Shown here piece after piece: positions 1 to 12,885 of a stretch of DNA of 47,476 bases. The stretch spans positions 554,119 through 601,594 of the forward strand of contig NC_068988.1 in the NCBI RefSeq assembly GCF_001194135.2. Reading direction: 5' to 3'. How positions within the stretch are numbered: position 1 is the first letter of the stretch; the number at the start of each line of letters is the position of its first letter. Source of the DNA: Octopus bimaculoides (lineage: Eukaryota). The position numbers and the translations under genes were made by a program. The notes under the pieces were generated by a model. It did not search any database, had not been told where the DNA came from, and saw only the letters and a program-made list of their open reading frames with translations.

Positions 1-358
1 ATATATATATACATACGTACATACATATACACACTCACGTATTCTAATTCCCTCACCCCACTTCTAGTTTTATTCAGGAGTCGTGTGTAAGTGTGTATGT
101 GTGTGCATGCGTCCGTGCGTGCGTGCGTGTGCCTTAATATTGATAGCATAAAATTCCTTTCCACTTTTGAAGTCTTCTCGGGGTGATATCAAGAAAATCA
201 AGAATTTCTCGACTGACTTCCACAGAACATAATTTGCCCCATTTATTGGACTAAATATTTACAAAACTACCCGACACACGTGAAAACTGTATATTTACAT
301 TAATACAACTTTCTCATGTTTGCTGCTATGTTTGTGTTTCGTGTATGTAATGCATACA

Positions 359-390
<32 letters not shown>

Positions 391-399
391 CATTCATAC

Positions 400-430
<31 letters not shown>

Positions 431-554
431 TATACATACAAAGATCGACATTTCCAATACTAACAATCCCCTTCACCTTATCCACAAAAATGACATTTCT
501 TTTGCTGAGCATTTATACATATAAACACACACACACACATACATATATGTATAT

Positions 555-595
<41 letters not shown>

Positions 596-950
596 GACAC
601 ACGCACAGGCACACGCAAAGATATATGCGCGCCAGTCTGTGTGTGTAGGTGCGATATACGTGCGTGTGCTTGCATTACTGTTTGTGGTGAAAGATAGTTT
701 GGGAAGAACGATTCTCATAACGGAATAACTTGATTTTGGTGATTAAAAGCTGTAGAGTTCAGCAACTCGAGTAGGGCGTCTCCACGATTGCTAAACTCAG
801 CTACCCCTACCCAGCATACCTTGCAAGCGTCAGTACCCGTGTAAAAACAACCCGGCAGCTTACTAGACAAACTGATATATGGGGCAAACTCCTCAAAATA
901 ATAATAATAATACCAGGCAGCTTAACTCCCCAACATAATAATAATAATAA

Positions 951-1167
951 TCCTTTCTACTGGAGACACAAAGCCTAAAAATTTGTAGGGTGGGGACTAG
1001 TCGATTATATCGACTCCAGTGGTTCACTGGTACTTCATTTACCGACCCCGAAAGGATGGAAGTCAAAGTCGACCAGAACGGAATTTGAACTCAGGACGTA
1101 GCGCCGGGTGAAATATAGTTAAGCATTTCGTCCAGCGCGCTAACGATTCTGCCAGCTCGACGCCTTA
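951..1167 (-). mobile_element. tRNA-derived SINE, family A (octopus OK/OR-type), full length, tail type i ending in (TTA)n
   Basis: Reverse complement reads AAGGCGTCGAGCTGGCAGAATCGTTAGC (A box)...GAGTTCAAATTCC (B box)...GGGGTCGGTAAATGAAGTACCAGTG...GTAGAAAGGA(TTA)n; homologous to more than 10 other copies in the window. Confidence 0.9.
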
Positions 1168-1195
1168 GTAATAATAACAATAACAATAATAATGA

Positions 1196-1703
1196 TGCCC
1201 GGATGCAGTACCAAGCAGTGGCTCTCATGGCTTCTGATCTTAACTGATTGGAAGTGCTATCGTGTACATTGTTTTGTCTTGGTATAAAAGATGGGTTACA
1301 GCAAATATTCTGCTCAATACCACAGATTTGCTTGTTAGTTGTTTGGCCTTAACCAGTTGAGCATGTCCCTTAGTGGCTGACGATATGTGCATCTCTGATC
1401 ACGAGCAGAAGTAGTTCTTTGGTGTTTGAATAATTCACCTTTGGAAACATGGGTGTTTTGCTCAACATCCTTAAATAACCCATATTCATGGACCTTTTGA
1501 GCGGGATGGGCTACTCGACCGGACGAAAATTCTAACTGGGCCCCATCTGCAAGATCATGCGCTGTTTATCTTAATATAAGGTCACCGTGACGTACCTATA
1601 TGGTTGTGATTCATGTGCCCGGTGTACCCTTATCAAACGGGTGGTCATGATGGGTATATTTTACCCCAGTGTCACTTTGATAGCATGCACTGCTCTCTCA
1701 CTC
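1196..1703 (+). mobile_element. Interspersed repeat, probably the 3' non-coding portion of a LINE, sitting between (AAT)n tracts
   Basis: About 500 bp of complex, GC-richer sequence flanked by AAT repeats on both sides and ending ...CTCTCTCACTC(AAT)n; no ORF. Family assignment is inference. Confidence 0.5.
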
Positions 1704-1723
1704 AATAATAATAATAATAACAA

Positions 1724-1938
1724 TCCTTTCTACTAGAGGCACAAGTCCTGAAATTTGGGGGAGGAGCATGAGTCGATAACATCGACCCTAATACTCAACT
1801 GGCACTTAATTTATCGACCCCGAAGAATGAAAGGTAAAGTCGACCTCGGAGGAATATGAACTCACAACGTAGCGACGGGTGAAATATAGTTAAGCATTTC
1901 GTCCAGCGCGCTAACGATTCTACCAGCTCGACGCCTTA
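1724..1938 (-). mobile_element. SINE family A, full length, tail type i
   Basis: Same head, body and tail as 951-1167. Confidence 0.9.
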
Positions 1939-1973
1939 AAAGCAACAACAACTACAACAATATTGATTTATAT

Positions 1974-2192
1974 TGATTTCAAATGTTGGCACAAGGCGAG
2001 CAAGTTCGGTTGAAAGGGGATTCGATTACATCGACCCCGGTGCTCAGTTGAATCTTAAATTTATCGATCCCGAAAGAATGAATGGCAAAGTTGACCTCGG
2101 CAGATTTTGAACTCAGAACGTAAAGACGGACGAAATGTCGCTAAGCAATTTGACCGGTGCGCTAACGATTCGGCCAGTTCTCTGCCGCTTTA
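1974..2192 (-). mobile_element. SINE family A, full length, tail type ii (GTGCCAAAATTTGAAACC-like)
   Basis: Contains TTTGAACTCAGAACGTAAAGACGGACGAAATGTCGCTAAGC...GCTAACGATTC; left end TGATTTCAAATGTTGGCACAAGG. Confidence 0.85.
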
Positions 2193-2268
2193 GCCACAAC
2201 AACAACAAAAACAACAGAAACAACGAAAGCAACGACAATAACAATATTGTTTTAATATCTTTAGGAAT

Positions 2269-2404
2269 AAAATTCCGCCGAGGTCGACTTTGCCTTTCAT
2301 TCTTTCGGGGTGGACAAATTAAGTACCAGTTGCGTACTGGGGTCGATCTAATCGATTGGCCTCCTCCTCCAAAATTTCGTGCCTTGTGCCTAGAGTAGGA
2401 AAGA
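2269..2404 (+). mobile_element. SINE family A, 5'-truncated, tail type i
   Basis: AAATTCCGCCGAGGTCGACTTTGCCTTTCATTCTTTCGGGG...GTACCAGTTGCGTACTGGGGGTCGAT...GTGCCTAGAGTAGGAAAGA. Confidence 0.85.
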
Positions 2405-3639
2405 GTATTTTTAAGAATAATGTTTCCCTTTGCAATAACCCTCTCAGAAATACTGGAAGCGTATTCGAAAACATTCGAAAACAGACCTGATCTAAATATT
2501 CACACTAGTTTTAAGATTAGGAACGCCCAGCTAAAACATATGGGGTTATCAGTAGCAGGGATTTTAAAACAGATAAGTTGAGGAGTTTTTTTTTTCAGTC
2601 GCAACATAATTTGTAGAAGTATTAAACAAATGCAAAGAATAGNNNNNNNNNNNNNNNNNNNNNNNNNNNNNNNNNNNNNNNNNNNNNNNNNNNNNNNNNN
2701 NNNNNNNNNNNNNNNNNNNNNNNNNNNNNNNNNNNNNNNNNNNNNNNNNNNNNNNNNNNNNNNNNNNNNNNNNNNNNNNNNNNNNNNNNNNNNNNNNNNN
2801 NNNNNNNNNNNNNNNNNNNNNNNNNNNNNNNNNNNNNNNNNNNNNNNNNNNNNNNNNNNNNNNNNNNNNNNNNNNNNNNNNNNNNNNNNNNNNNNNNNNN
2901 NNNNNNNNNNNNNNNNNNNNNNNNNNNNNNNNNNNNNNNNNNNNNNNNNNNNNNNNNNNNNNNNNNNNNNNNNNNNNNNNNNNNNNNNNNNNNNNNNNNN
3001 NNNNNNNNNNNNNNNNNNNNNNNNNNNNNNNNNNNNNNNNTATATATATATGCATATCCAAATACTTTACGCATTTTTTATTATTATTGTGACGCATACT
3101 AAAATATATAGGCCTATATAAGTATATAATTATGCATGAAAGTACACAAAACTTATATAGTTAAATAGTGCTTGCGTATCCACACGCATACAATCACAGA
3201 AAGAGATACACATATGGAAACAGAAATGGATATTGCTGAAGTCTGTTGGCAATTATGAAGTTGTGACATATTTGTTGATATTATTTAAATAATTTCTACA
3301 TTGGCAACACCAAATGTTAACGTACTGGATAGATAAACAAAACAAATGAAAACAAGGAAAAGAAAATGTCATTTTTATGGAAGAAGAGAAAATCCTTAAA
3401 AATAGAGACATTTATCCTAAGAGTGTAGAAACATTAGACGTTGCTATTAGTGTTAATTGTACTTATCGTTAATATTGTGCAATAAAATATGGGGAACGCC
3501 ATATAAGCTTGAGATTCACTTCCGGTGAGCCGAGACACTGACCTAATTTTCATCCTTCATTCAAGTTATTTTATACTATATCAGTAAATTATCTTGGAAA
3601 AGATATATACTGTCAACCACCCGTCTCTTTCTCTATCCC

Positions 3640-3696
<57 letters not shown>

Positions 3697-3744
3697 NNNN
3701 NNNNNNNNNNNNNNNNNNNNNNNNNNNNNNNNNNNNNNNNNNNN

Positions 3745-3825
<81 letters not shown>

Positions 3826-5283
3826 ATATGTATGAATGCATATAATTATGTATATATATTGCATTGTTACAAGAAGAGAAGTGAAAGGATTTCGAAATCA
3901 CTGTCAGTCCTTTTCTTTTAAAGATATAACAAATAGGCAGCTTGTAAAAAGAAAAGTACAGAGTGATTCTTCAGCTAAATTGTTAAGTCGTTTCTATCAT
4001 AGTTCAACATAAAAACAAACAGTAATGTGTGTGTGTATATATATATGTATGTGTGTGTATATATATATATATATATGTGTGTGTGTATGCGTCTGTGTGT
4101 GTGTACATACACACACATGTATGCATGCATGTATGTATGTATGTATGTATGTATGCATGCATATATGTATGTATGTTGACAGAAACTCAATAACACGACA
4201 ACGTAAGCAAATTTTCTACATTCGTTGATAAAATCCGAAATTCGTGAAAGTACTTAAGTTTCTGAGTCCATAACAATTGTTGAAGTACATATTTCCGAAA
4301 CGTCAGACTGTTTCCCTTCTCACAGTAACTAAAACAATTGTCTTGGGTTTATAAAAGAATTACGAGTCTGAGATACAAGCATTATATTTGAATTAATTAC
4401 TTTTACTCCATTAACGCTTTATAAAAATGCACGAAAAGCGGCAAATTTTCTTCTTCTCCATAAACTCGAAAGTTTGAACTTGTAAGTTTGATCGGAATTG
4501 ATGAATTCGATACCTTTGTACTGCTGAAATCGATATAATCTATTCTACCGTCAACTCAAATTAGACGTATTGAGTTAAATTTAGAGACGTTCTTGAGAAC
4601 CATGAACTTCAAAGATAAACTTTTACATAGCACACGAAGATAACGACGGCTTAAATGGTTGTAATATGGGCTGTTCATTATAATATAGAACGAACTATCA
4701 GAAAGCAAGAAATACAAGTATTTATTATACAAATAGGTTTTTTTTCGCAATGCTATCTTTTGAATTTGTACATTTGTTAACACAAGCAAAAATTGGCTTC
4801 GTTCTTTCTGAAAGGAATGTCAAGGAGAGTATACAGTTAAGTTTAAAACGTTGTTTACCAGCAGGAGGAGAAGTAGCTGTAATATGGAATTAGTTAAACA
4901 CCATTACAGTAGTCATTAAACATACATATAACCTACTACAAAAGCAAATATAGTTAAAATTATTGCTGTTACTGTTGTGGACATGTTTGTGTTTGGTGTA
5001 ATAGGTAAGTTAAACCAGAAACAACAAATGTCTTATTTATTATCATTTATTCATTTTGATAAATGATTTTCAATGGAACACTTGCAGATATCAAAAAGGA
5101 GACACACACACACACATATATTAACTCTTGAGTTGGATATACGGTATTGTTCCTGTGGTCTTCCACCCTTATGTATCCATTCTTACTATAATTTGAATTC
5201 TAGCTCATGCTGAACACTTCAACTCTAGCCCGTTTTTATGTATTGTTATATTAACAATATATAATTATACAAAAAAATTACAG

Positions 5284-5327
<44 letters not shown>

Positions 5328-5328
5328 T

Positions 5329-5494
5329 ACGACGGGCTTCTTTCAGTTTCCGTCTACCAAATCCACTCACAACGCTTTGGTCGGCCCGAGGCTATAGTAG
5401 AAGACACTTGGCCAAGGTGCCACACAGTGGAACTGAACCCGGAACCATGTGGTTCGTAAGCAAGCTACTTACCACACACCCACTCCTACGCCTA
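5329..5494 (-). mobile_element. tRNA-derived SINE, family B (CORE-like, octopus OR-type), head half
   Basis: Reverse complement: AGGCGTAGGAGTGGGTGTGTGGTAAG (A box)...GGGTTCAGTTCC (B box)...GGCACCTTGGCCAAGTGTCTTCTAC (CORE-like motif)...GACGGAAACTGAAAGAAGCCCGTCG then (TA)n. Confidence 0.9.
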
Positions 5495-5567
5495 TTGAAA
5501 TGAAAAAGGGAGATGTAGTTTTATCTCTTAATCAAAATCGTTTCTGAAGTGTCAAAGAATAAACTGC

Positions 5568-5680
5568 GGGGTCGATGAATTACGTACCAGTTACGCACTG
5601 GGGCCGATGTAATCGACTTAATCCCTTTGTCTGTCCTTGTTTGTCCCCTCTGTGTTTAGCCCCCTGTGGGCAATAAAGAA
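5568..5680 (+). mobile_element. SINE family A, 3' part, tail type iii (TCCCTTTGTCTGTCCTTGTTTGTCCCCTC...GGCAATAAAGAA)
   Basis: GTACCAGTTACGCACTGGGGCCGATGTAATCGACTTAATCCC body followed by a different tail from types i and ii. Confidence 0.85.
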
Positions 5681-6780
5681 TTAAGGATAAAATAAAGAGA
5701 AAAGATAGCAAGACCATATGAGTTGAATTTTAGTATTCACAAAAGAAAACCGAAAACATGTTTGTTTTTTGACCAACGTGCAGTGTTGTTTTAAAAGCAT
5801 CGTTCTCTTCGGCTCTACTCTGCTTCTCCGCCTTTCTTGTAGTGTTCCAGTTGCCTCATGAGAATTGCAACGGTTTGTAACTTCACATCTTTTAATTGTT
5901 CTGTTCCCTTTGAGTTTTGTTTACGACTTCGGATATGAAATTATATTTTTTTGTTGCATTCATGTTTAGTTTTGAAGAAGCAACGCAAAGCTATAAATGC
6001 AAATGTAAACAACTTTTAATATCCTACCTTAATATTTCAGCATGGAGAACATTCCAGACTCAGTTGTTCACATTTACTTACATAGAGATCTTTCATTTTC
6101 AATGAACATTGTCAATAAATGACATTAAGAAAATGTCATGACCCAAATGTTTACAGCAGCAGACATTCATAGCATCGTTCGTCATCGCACGTAAATTGGG
6201 CTAATTACTATATATGGGGTACGATTTTTATATATTTGACCTTGAGGAGCAAAAAATTACTCATACAAAGTACATGGGTTGGTATCAAAGAAGCTGGGTT
6301 ACTAAGTTTATTCTAATTAGATTTCACGTCGAATTAAAACACTCGGGTTGTTCTTCGGTTCTTATATTATGGCAGATAAAAAAAATGGAGATTATTCTTT
6401 CAAAATTAAGAAAAATTGTCACAAGAGGATGAGGAGAGGAAGAGGAGGAGGAAGTGGAGGAAGGGGAGAGGAGCCGAAGCGGTGTACAATCTAGTGAATC
6501 ACTTCAAGTAAATTCAGATAACTTAATAATTGTTTTAACGAATGGATAATGAAAAGTAAATAAACTCCAGTGGGATATGAATTACAGGATGTGGCCAAAG
6601 CATTCTAGCAAAGTATGCTGGTGAATGTTATTGTTGTTGTTGATGATGATGATGATGATGATGATGCTTAGCCTGTCCAGACAACTGGACATACCAAGTC
6701 AATAATACCAAATCAATATTTGCTTTCTTTTCCGCATGTATGTTTGTATGTATGTATTATGTATGTATGTATGTATGTGT

Positions 6781-6988
6781 GTGTGTGTTTGTCTCCCCAA
6801 CATCGCTTGACAACCGATGCTGATGTGTTTACGTCCCCGTAACTAGCGGTTCGGCAAAACAGACCGATAGAACAAGTACTAGGCTAACAAAGAATAAGTC
6901 CTGGGGTCGATTTCCTCGACTAAGGGCGGTGCTCCAGCATGGCCACAGTCAAATGACTGAAACAAGTAAGTAAGAGAATAAAAGAATA
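6781..6988 (+). mobile_element. SINE family B, 3' half (after internal microsatellite)
   Basis: CATCGCTTGACAACCGATGCTG...GGCGGTGCTCCAGCATGGCCACAGTCAAATGACTGAAACAAGTAA. Confidence 0.9.
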
Positions 6989-7485
6989 TATTCTTCAGAA
7001 TGAAATAGTGAAGGCGCGTGGTGGAGTGGTAAAGTTTGCAACTTAAAAAAAAAACATCTCATCCGTTTTCGTCTGCTTCAAATTAAAAGCGAAACTAATC
7101 TAATCGTCTTAACTAAATTCTTAATCTATCAGTAAATTCTAATCAACATAAACTAAAATATCCCGTTTTCAAAGATTCCAGTCCGTGTACTTAGCCTGCC
7201 CGTTTTTGCTTCTCACGACTAAACATAAGAGTTTTGTCCTATGTATAAATATTAGAGTTTAGCACAGTTTATGTACAATGAAGGACGATGCGTTAAATGT
7301 CCATTTTTCACAAGTATTTCGGTCATGACATTTTTTGTGATTCGATTTACCAACGATTTTCGTTGAGAAGTGAAAGATTTTGAAGTAATTCGTAAATATT
7401 GCATGTTTAATAACTTTACAAGAATTTCCACAAAAGAAACTAGAATGTATTTCATGCCAAAACATCATGGTAGAAAATAAATTGA

Positions 7486-7873
7486 GAGGTTCACCACTTT
7501 ACGCACACGTTGTTTTGAGTTCAGTACCACTGCGGGGCACCTTGGCCAAATGTTTCTTACTTCAGCCTTGGGCTGACCAAATCTTTGTGAATAAATTTGG
7601 TTGACGGAAACTGTGCGGCAGCCCGTTGTATATATAGATGTGTATGTGCGTGAAAGTGTGTTTTATGTTTATGTTTACCTCTCACCAACGTTTGACAATC
7701 AGTGTTAGTTTGTTTACATCCCTGTAATTTAGCAGTTCGGTAAAAGCGGCCGATAGAATAAGCACAAGACTTTTTTAAAAAATAAGCACTGAGGCCGATT
7801 TGTTCGAGTAAAAAAACTCTCAAAGCATTGCCCCAGCATGGTCGCAGTCCACTGACTGAAACAAGTAAAGAAG
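7486..7873 (+). mobile_element. SINE family B, near full length, diverged
   Basis: B box GAGTTCAGTACC, CORE-like GGCACCTTGGCCAAATG, GACGGAAACTG, internal (TG)-rich tract, tail CCAGCATGGTCGCAGTCCACTGACTGAAACAAGTAAAG. Confidence 0.85.
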
Positions 7874-8195
7874 AAAAAAATCTTGAGTTCCTTTTTCTAT
7901 GCAAAGTGGTGACCCAACCAGTGGCTGATCGATTCATATATTTCAAGAAACAATACGCCATTGTCCACACACTTCGTCACTTCGTTTATTTCTCTTATGT
8001 CAATGTTTCCATCGTCATCGTCCTCCTTCTACTGTTATGTGATGATTTCTCTTTTGGTATTCGATCAATGCGATAACAGTGAAACCTTTCTTTTATTTCT
8101 CTTTTACTTGCTTCACTCATTAGATACAAATAAATCTTGTATTACCCAGAATTAAGCGCGGTATGATTGTATATATATAAAAAAAGCTCTCTCTG

Positions 8196-8682
8196 CGATC
8201 ACGTGCTTTCCGCCTCAGTCCCACTTAACGACAGTTTGAGTATCATCTACTAAAGCCTCGGGTTGACCAATTGCCTTGTAAAATAATTTGGTAGACGGAA
8301 ACTGTGTGGACGAAATTGATCGTTAAAAATTTCATAATTTGAATTGATGAACATTTTTGAAAACATTGGTACCTTTGCTTAACCTTGTTTTGTTTTCAAT
8401 CCCATTGCGCGACTCCCTGGGCAAACACCTACTATACACCCAAGTCACGCACAGCATTGTGTGAGTTTGGGAGACGGAAACCGAAAGAAGACCGTCGTAT
8501 ATACTTATATACTCCAGTATGTATGTGAGTGTAAGTGTTTGTGTTTGCTCCCCACCACCGCTCGACAGCCGGTGTTGGTGTGTTTATGTCCCTATATCTT
8601 TGCGATTCGGCATAGGAGATCCGATAGATTAAGCACTAGGCTTAAAATAAGTACTGGGGTCGATTCCTTCGACTAGAACCGT
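8196..8682 (+). mobile_element. Two diverged SINE family B fragments (about 8196-8308 and 8390-8682)
   Basis: TTTGGTAGACGGAAACTG at 8288; GACGGAAACCGAAAGAAGACCGTCG at 8473 and tail AAGTACTGGGGTCGATTCCTTCGACTA. Confidence 0.75.
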
Positions 8683-9580
8683 TCAACAATTAGCCGGAGA
8701 TGGTTTTTAAAATGAGAATATCTGAAATAAACTTGACTGCTCTCACAAACAAGAATACTAAAAATGAACCCGACCGCTCTCAAAAATTAAGAATTGAGGG
8801 AATGTATGTTTGTATATTTCCCAAACGACACTCGCAACCAAACTGATATGAAATACTGGATAATATAAATCACCCTATATCTCAAATTCTTCTGAAGAGC
8901 TATAATCCCCATATTTACTTCAATTTGGTAGAGGAGTGACATCGCATTAAGTTATGTAATCGTAGTATAGAATTGCAAATACTTAGCAGTTACTTTGTAC
9001 CTTCGGGTGGGTCTCTTCTCTAGCGACATTTCATAAATATACAAAAACACACATGGAAAGACAGAAAAGGATTTACTGAAGATTTCTTCCTATAAATTCT
9101 TCTGTTCAAAGAAATTAGAGGAAGCATGTTGACATATATATAATTTGTAGTAATATTAGAAAACTATAAAGGTTTGCTGACATGGACGTTAATAAACACA
9201 GATGTACGTTAATGGAGACTGAAATTGCTGTAAAAGCAACCGTCCGTTCAAAGCAATTAATATATGGTTGTATTAGAGGTAGATTGGAACGGAAGTTTAG
9301 CGTTTAACGAAATATAAGGTCACGTAGTACTGAAATATAGAATCTATAACTGTTGCTCTTTGGTAGTTTCAACTAGAAGCCACAAAAATTAAAAGTGCTT
9401 GAGGAGCACGTCTGGTTATGAGTCATCATTACTTAATCTAAAGAACTCTACATTTGCTTCCATTTCCTCTGAGCATTAAATCCTGGTTGAAATCCTGGTC
9501 TTTCCACGCATATTTTCTTATATATATTTCCTTCCAACTATATTGCCATGCGACTCTTTTCAACTGTCTCTATTAATTAC

Positions 9581-9996
9581 AAGGCGGCGAGCTGGCAGAA
9601 TCGTTTGCACGCCGGGCGAAATGCTTAGCGGTATTTCGTCCGCCTATACGTTCTGAAATCAAATTTCGCTAAGGTCCACCTTGCCTTTCATCCTTTCGGG
9701 GGTCGATAAAATAAGTACCAGTTGAGCACTAGGGGGGGGGTGTAATCGACTTAGCCCCTTGTATCAACATTTAAAACCAATTCATTATAAATCAAAAGGT
9801 AGCGAGTTGGCCGAATCGTTAGCACGTCAGGCAAATTGTTTAGCAGCATTCCCGTTCTGAGTTCGAACTCCGCCGATATCGATTTAGCCTTTCATTTTTT
9901 CGGGATCGATAAAATAAGTACCAGTTGAGCACTGCAGTCTTTGAATAGACTTACTCATTTGCCGAAGTTGGGGGCCCTGTCCCAAAATTTGAAACC
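9581..9996 (+). mobile_element. Tandem pair of SINE family A copies (9581-9778, 9796-9996), tail type ii
   Basis: AAGGCGGCGAGCTGGCAGAATCG head at 9581; AAGGTAGCGAGTTGGCCGAATCGTTAGC head at 9796; both end in AACATTTAAAACC / AAAATTTGAAACC. Confidence 0.9.
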
Positions 9997-10331
9997 AACA
10001 TATTATTAATCATAGACTTTGTTGGTATGACAATAAATTCCGTCCCCTAGCGTAGTTCTGGCAGAGGTGAATGAGTTTAAACCTTTGTAACAATAACATC
10101 TCAGCCACTCTGAGCTGCTGCACTACGTTTAATTACGAGGAATTCCATTTCTTAAAAATTACTGACATCCTAGCCAGAGTTTTTAGATCATTCAACACTA
10201 TGTACCAATCCTGATACGGCAACAATGTTCTCACATACTAGATTTTGTCTTTAAATTGGGTTTGCGTTCGTATAACAGCTGGTTGCCTACATATAGATTT
10301 ACCCTGGTTTTGTGATTTAGAAAAGACACTT

Positions 10332-10683
10332 GCAACGTTGGAGTAAAGATTATTTGCCAACATAACATGGCAATCCTGGTTTTATGACGAATGTTGCTGT
10401 AATTTAGCCCCAAAAGACATCGTCTCCAGCTGGCTATACGACACGATTTGTGTCCTTATATTTTTGAACAAGGGAATCTAGCACCCCCACTCAGCTCGAA
10501 ACAATATCTGTGCATCGCGATTTCCGGGTTATTTCCCTGCATCAGCACAGAATAATTGTTCTGATCGTGTCGTATAGCTAGCTGGAGACGATGTCTCCAT
10601 GAGCTAAATTACAGCAACATTCATCCTAAACCAGGACTGCCATGTTATGTTGGCGAACAATCTTTACTCCAAAGTACTGTTGC
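10332..10683. mobile_element. Long inverted repeat (arms about 10332-10447 and 10564-10683) with a hammerhead-like fold in the spacer; probable Penelope-like element terminal-repeat derivative
   Basis: Left arm TTGGAGTAAAGATTATTTGCCAACATAACATGGCAATCCTGG...AGACATCGTCTCCAGCTGGCTATACGACACGAT is the reverse complement of right arm ATCGTGTCGTATAGCTAGCTGGAGACGATGTCT...CCAGGACTGCCATGTTATGTTGGCGAACAATCTTTACTCCAA. The Penelope link is inference. Confidence 0.7.
10507..10551 (-). ncRNA. Variant minimal hammerhead ribozyme-like fold (probably inactive in this copy)
   Basis: Minus strand UCUGUG-CUGAUGCA-GGG-AAAUAA-CCC-G-GAAA-UCGCG-AUG-CACAGA: perfect 6-bp stem I, 3-bp stem II, palindromic stem III (AUCGCGAU); core has an extra C and the cleavage triplet is AUG. 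Confidence 0.5.
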
Positions 10684-10889
10684 TGAATATTTCTCGTTGT
10701 GAGATTTACAAATAGTAATTCACTGCAACGTTGTTTAACATTGTTGATCCCTCAGTCAATGAAAGACTTCTTCCCAACGAGAATATACAGATCCATACAT
10801 GTAAATAAATATATCGCAAGCATATCGAGAATATGTAGGTCCATAACATAGCGTAATTAAAGAATTTAGCGTAAATATTCTGAAGGATA

Positions 10890-11150
10890 TTTCGTCCACC
10901 CAGACGTTCGGGGTTCAAAACGAAATTGCTGGCCTCGTGCCAAAATTTGAAACCGATAATTTATCGTGGGTTGAGACGGTGATCTGGCCGAATCATTAGA
11001 GCGCTGGACAACTTACTTGTCGGCATGTCATCCATCTTTACGTTCTGAGTTCAAATTCTGACGAGGTGTACTTTGCTTTACATCTTTTCGGGGTCAATAA
11101 GGTAAGTACCACTTGAGCATTGGGGTTGATGTAATCGACTGACCCCTACC
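10890..11150 (+). mobile_element. SINE family A: internally deleted copy (10890-10955) plus diverged copy (10977-11150)
   Basis: GGCCTCGTGCCAAAATTTGAAACC tail at 10931-10954; CGTTCTGAGTTCAAATTCTGACGAGG at 11041. Confidence 0.75.
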
Positions 11151-12110
11151 CACCCACCTCCGAAAAAAATAAATGTCAGTTTTTATGTCTATTGTAGAAA
11201 AAATATTTTATCGTCTGGGACACGCGTGCCTTTTTAGAAGCGAATCAATTGGTAGAAATTCAGAGCTGATGTAATTTACTATTTTGAAAACCTTCTGGAC
11301 ACTGTTTTGATTACAGAATTGATGTAGTGGACAGGGATCAGAGACTAAGGGTGGGGGTGTGGAATGTGCTAAGTTTGTGATTGTCCTGGGTAGGTGTTCA
11401 ACAGTAAAAGGAGGTGCAGGGATGAGTATCAATGCCGTTGAATGAGATAAAACATGGCTAAGAATAACAACATCGTATCACGTTCGTACAATACGGACTC
11501 TATCTGTAAATAGCTATGTCTTACATAATAGTAAGACTTCGATAAAAATTTTTAAAAGGGGTAATTATTTCCTTAATCACGGGATCTATGTCTGTAACAA
11601 GCGTTGTTCATGCTTTCAGAGACCACATGCATAGTTAAAAGATCATCTCACTATAAAATAATAAAAGAAAAGACATTTTTTTCTTCGTTTTTATTTCCTG
11701 AAATGGAAACTTTTCTACATCACATTAGCTCTTGTTTTTTTTTTCTTTTTTCTTTTTTATATATTTTACTACCAACTTAAATTGACAGTTGTTCAACGTC
11801 AAACATGTGTNNNNNNNNNNNNNNNNNNNNNNNNNNNNNNNNNNNNNNNNNNNNNNNNNNNNNNNNNNNNNNNNNNNNNNNNNNNNNNNNNNNNNNNNNN
11901 NNNNNNNNNNNNNNNNNNNNNNNNNNNNNNNNNNNNNNNNNNNNNNNNNNNNNNNNNNNNNNNNNNNNNNNNNNNNNNNNNNNNNNNNNNNNNNNNNNNN
12001 NNNNNNNNNNNNNNNNNNNNNNNNNNNNNNNNNNNNNNNNNNNNNNNNNNNNNNNNNNNNNNNNNNNNNNNNNNNNNNNNNNNNNNNNNNNNNNNNNNNN
12101 NNNNNNNNNN

Positions 12111-12148
<38 letters not shown>

Positions 12149-12617
12149 ACATGCGCGCGCACGATTTTCAACGAACGCCGTGATCACCATGCCTCGGTTG
12201 ATGCGTCATTGACCAAAAGCACCGCCAACACTCGTCGCAAGAACATTTATTTTTCACACACCTTCACACATATTTCACTGACATTACAGCCTACGTAAAG
12301 ACCCGCTTCACTTACCCATTTTCAACTTTCAACAAGCGAAATATGAATATGTCCCTCTCTGTGTCTGCAGCCCATGCCATTCAATAGAGTTGTCTGTGCC
12401 ACCCACATATTTCTACCCTCTATCTTAGTAGTAAATCAAGATTCTATTTCACTCTCCAACCTTCACACTCACAACCAATCTTTATTAAAACACAATGTTT
12501 CGTCTGTAGATACTTTTCACTTTCATAACTTCTTAGTAGAAGCCAACACTAGAACCGCTTGGTGATTCGTCTGCCTGCTAGAAATAGCAGCCAAGTCTAC
12601 ATCAAATCATATCTTTA

Positions 12618-12885
12618 AAGCGCAGAAATGGCTCTCGAGGTTTTAGGTTCAGTCACAATGCGTCGCACCTGAACCGACCAAAGCCTTGTGAGTAAATTTG
12701 GTAGACGGAAACTGTGAGGAAGTTCATCATATGTATGTGCGTGTGTATGTGTGTGCGTATGCGCGTATGTGCGCGCGCGCGCGTTTTTGCCCTCCTCCAA
12801 CCGCATCACTTGACAACCGGTGTTGGTTTGTTCATATCCCCGCAACTTAGCAGTCCGGTATAAGAAACCAGTAGTACCAGACTTA
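12618..12885 (+). mobile_element. SINE family B, internally deleted head plus part of 3' half
   Basis: GACCAAAGCCTTGTGAGTAAATTTGGTAGACGGAAACTG; CACTTGACAACCGGTGTTGG. Confidence 0.8.

Noticed and set aside
12310-12380. Minus-strand ATG...GG|GTAAGT mini-exon (MAWAADTERDIFIFRLLKVENG)
   Set aside because: No promoter or acceptor support; a lone donor match is expected by chance in 47 kb.
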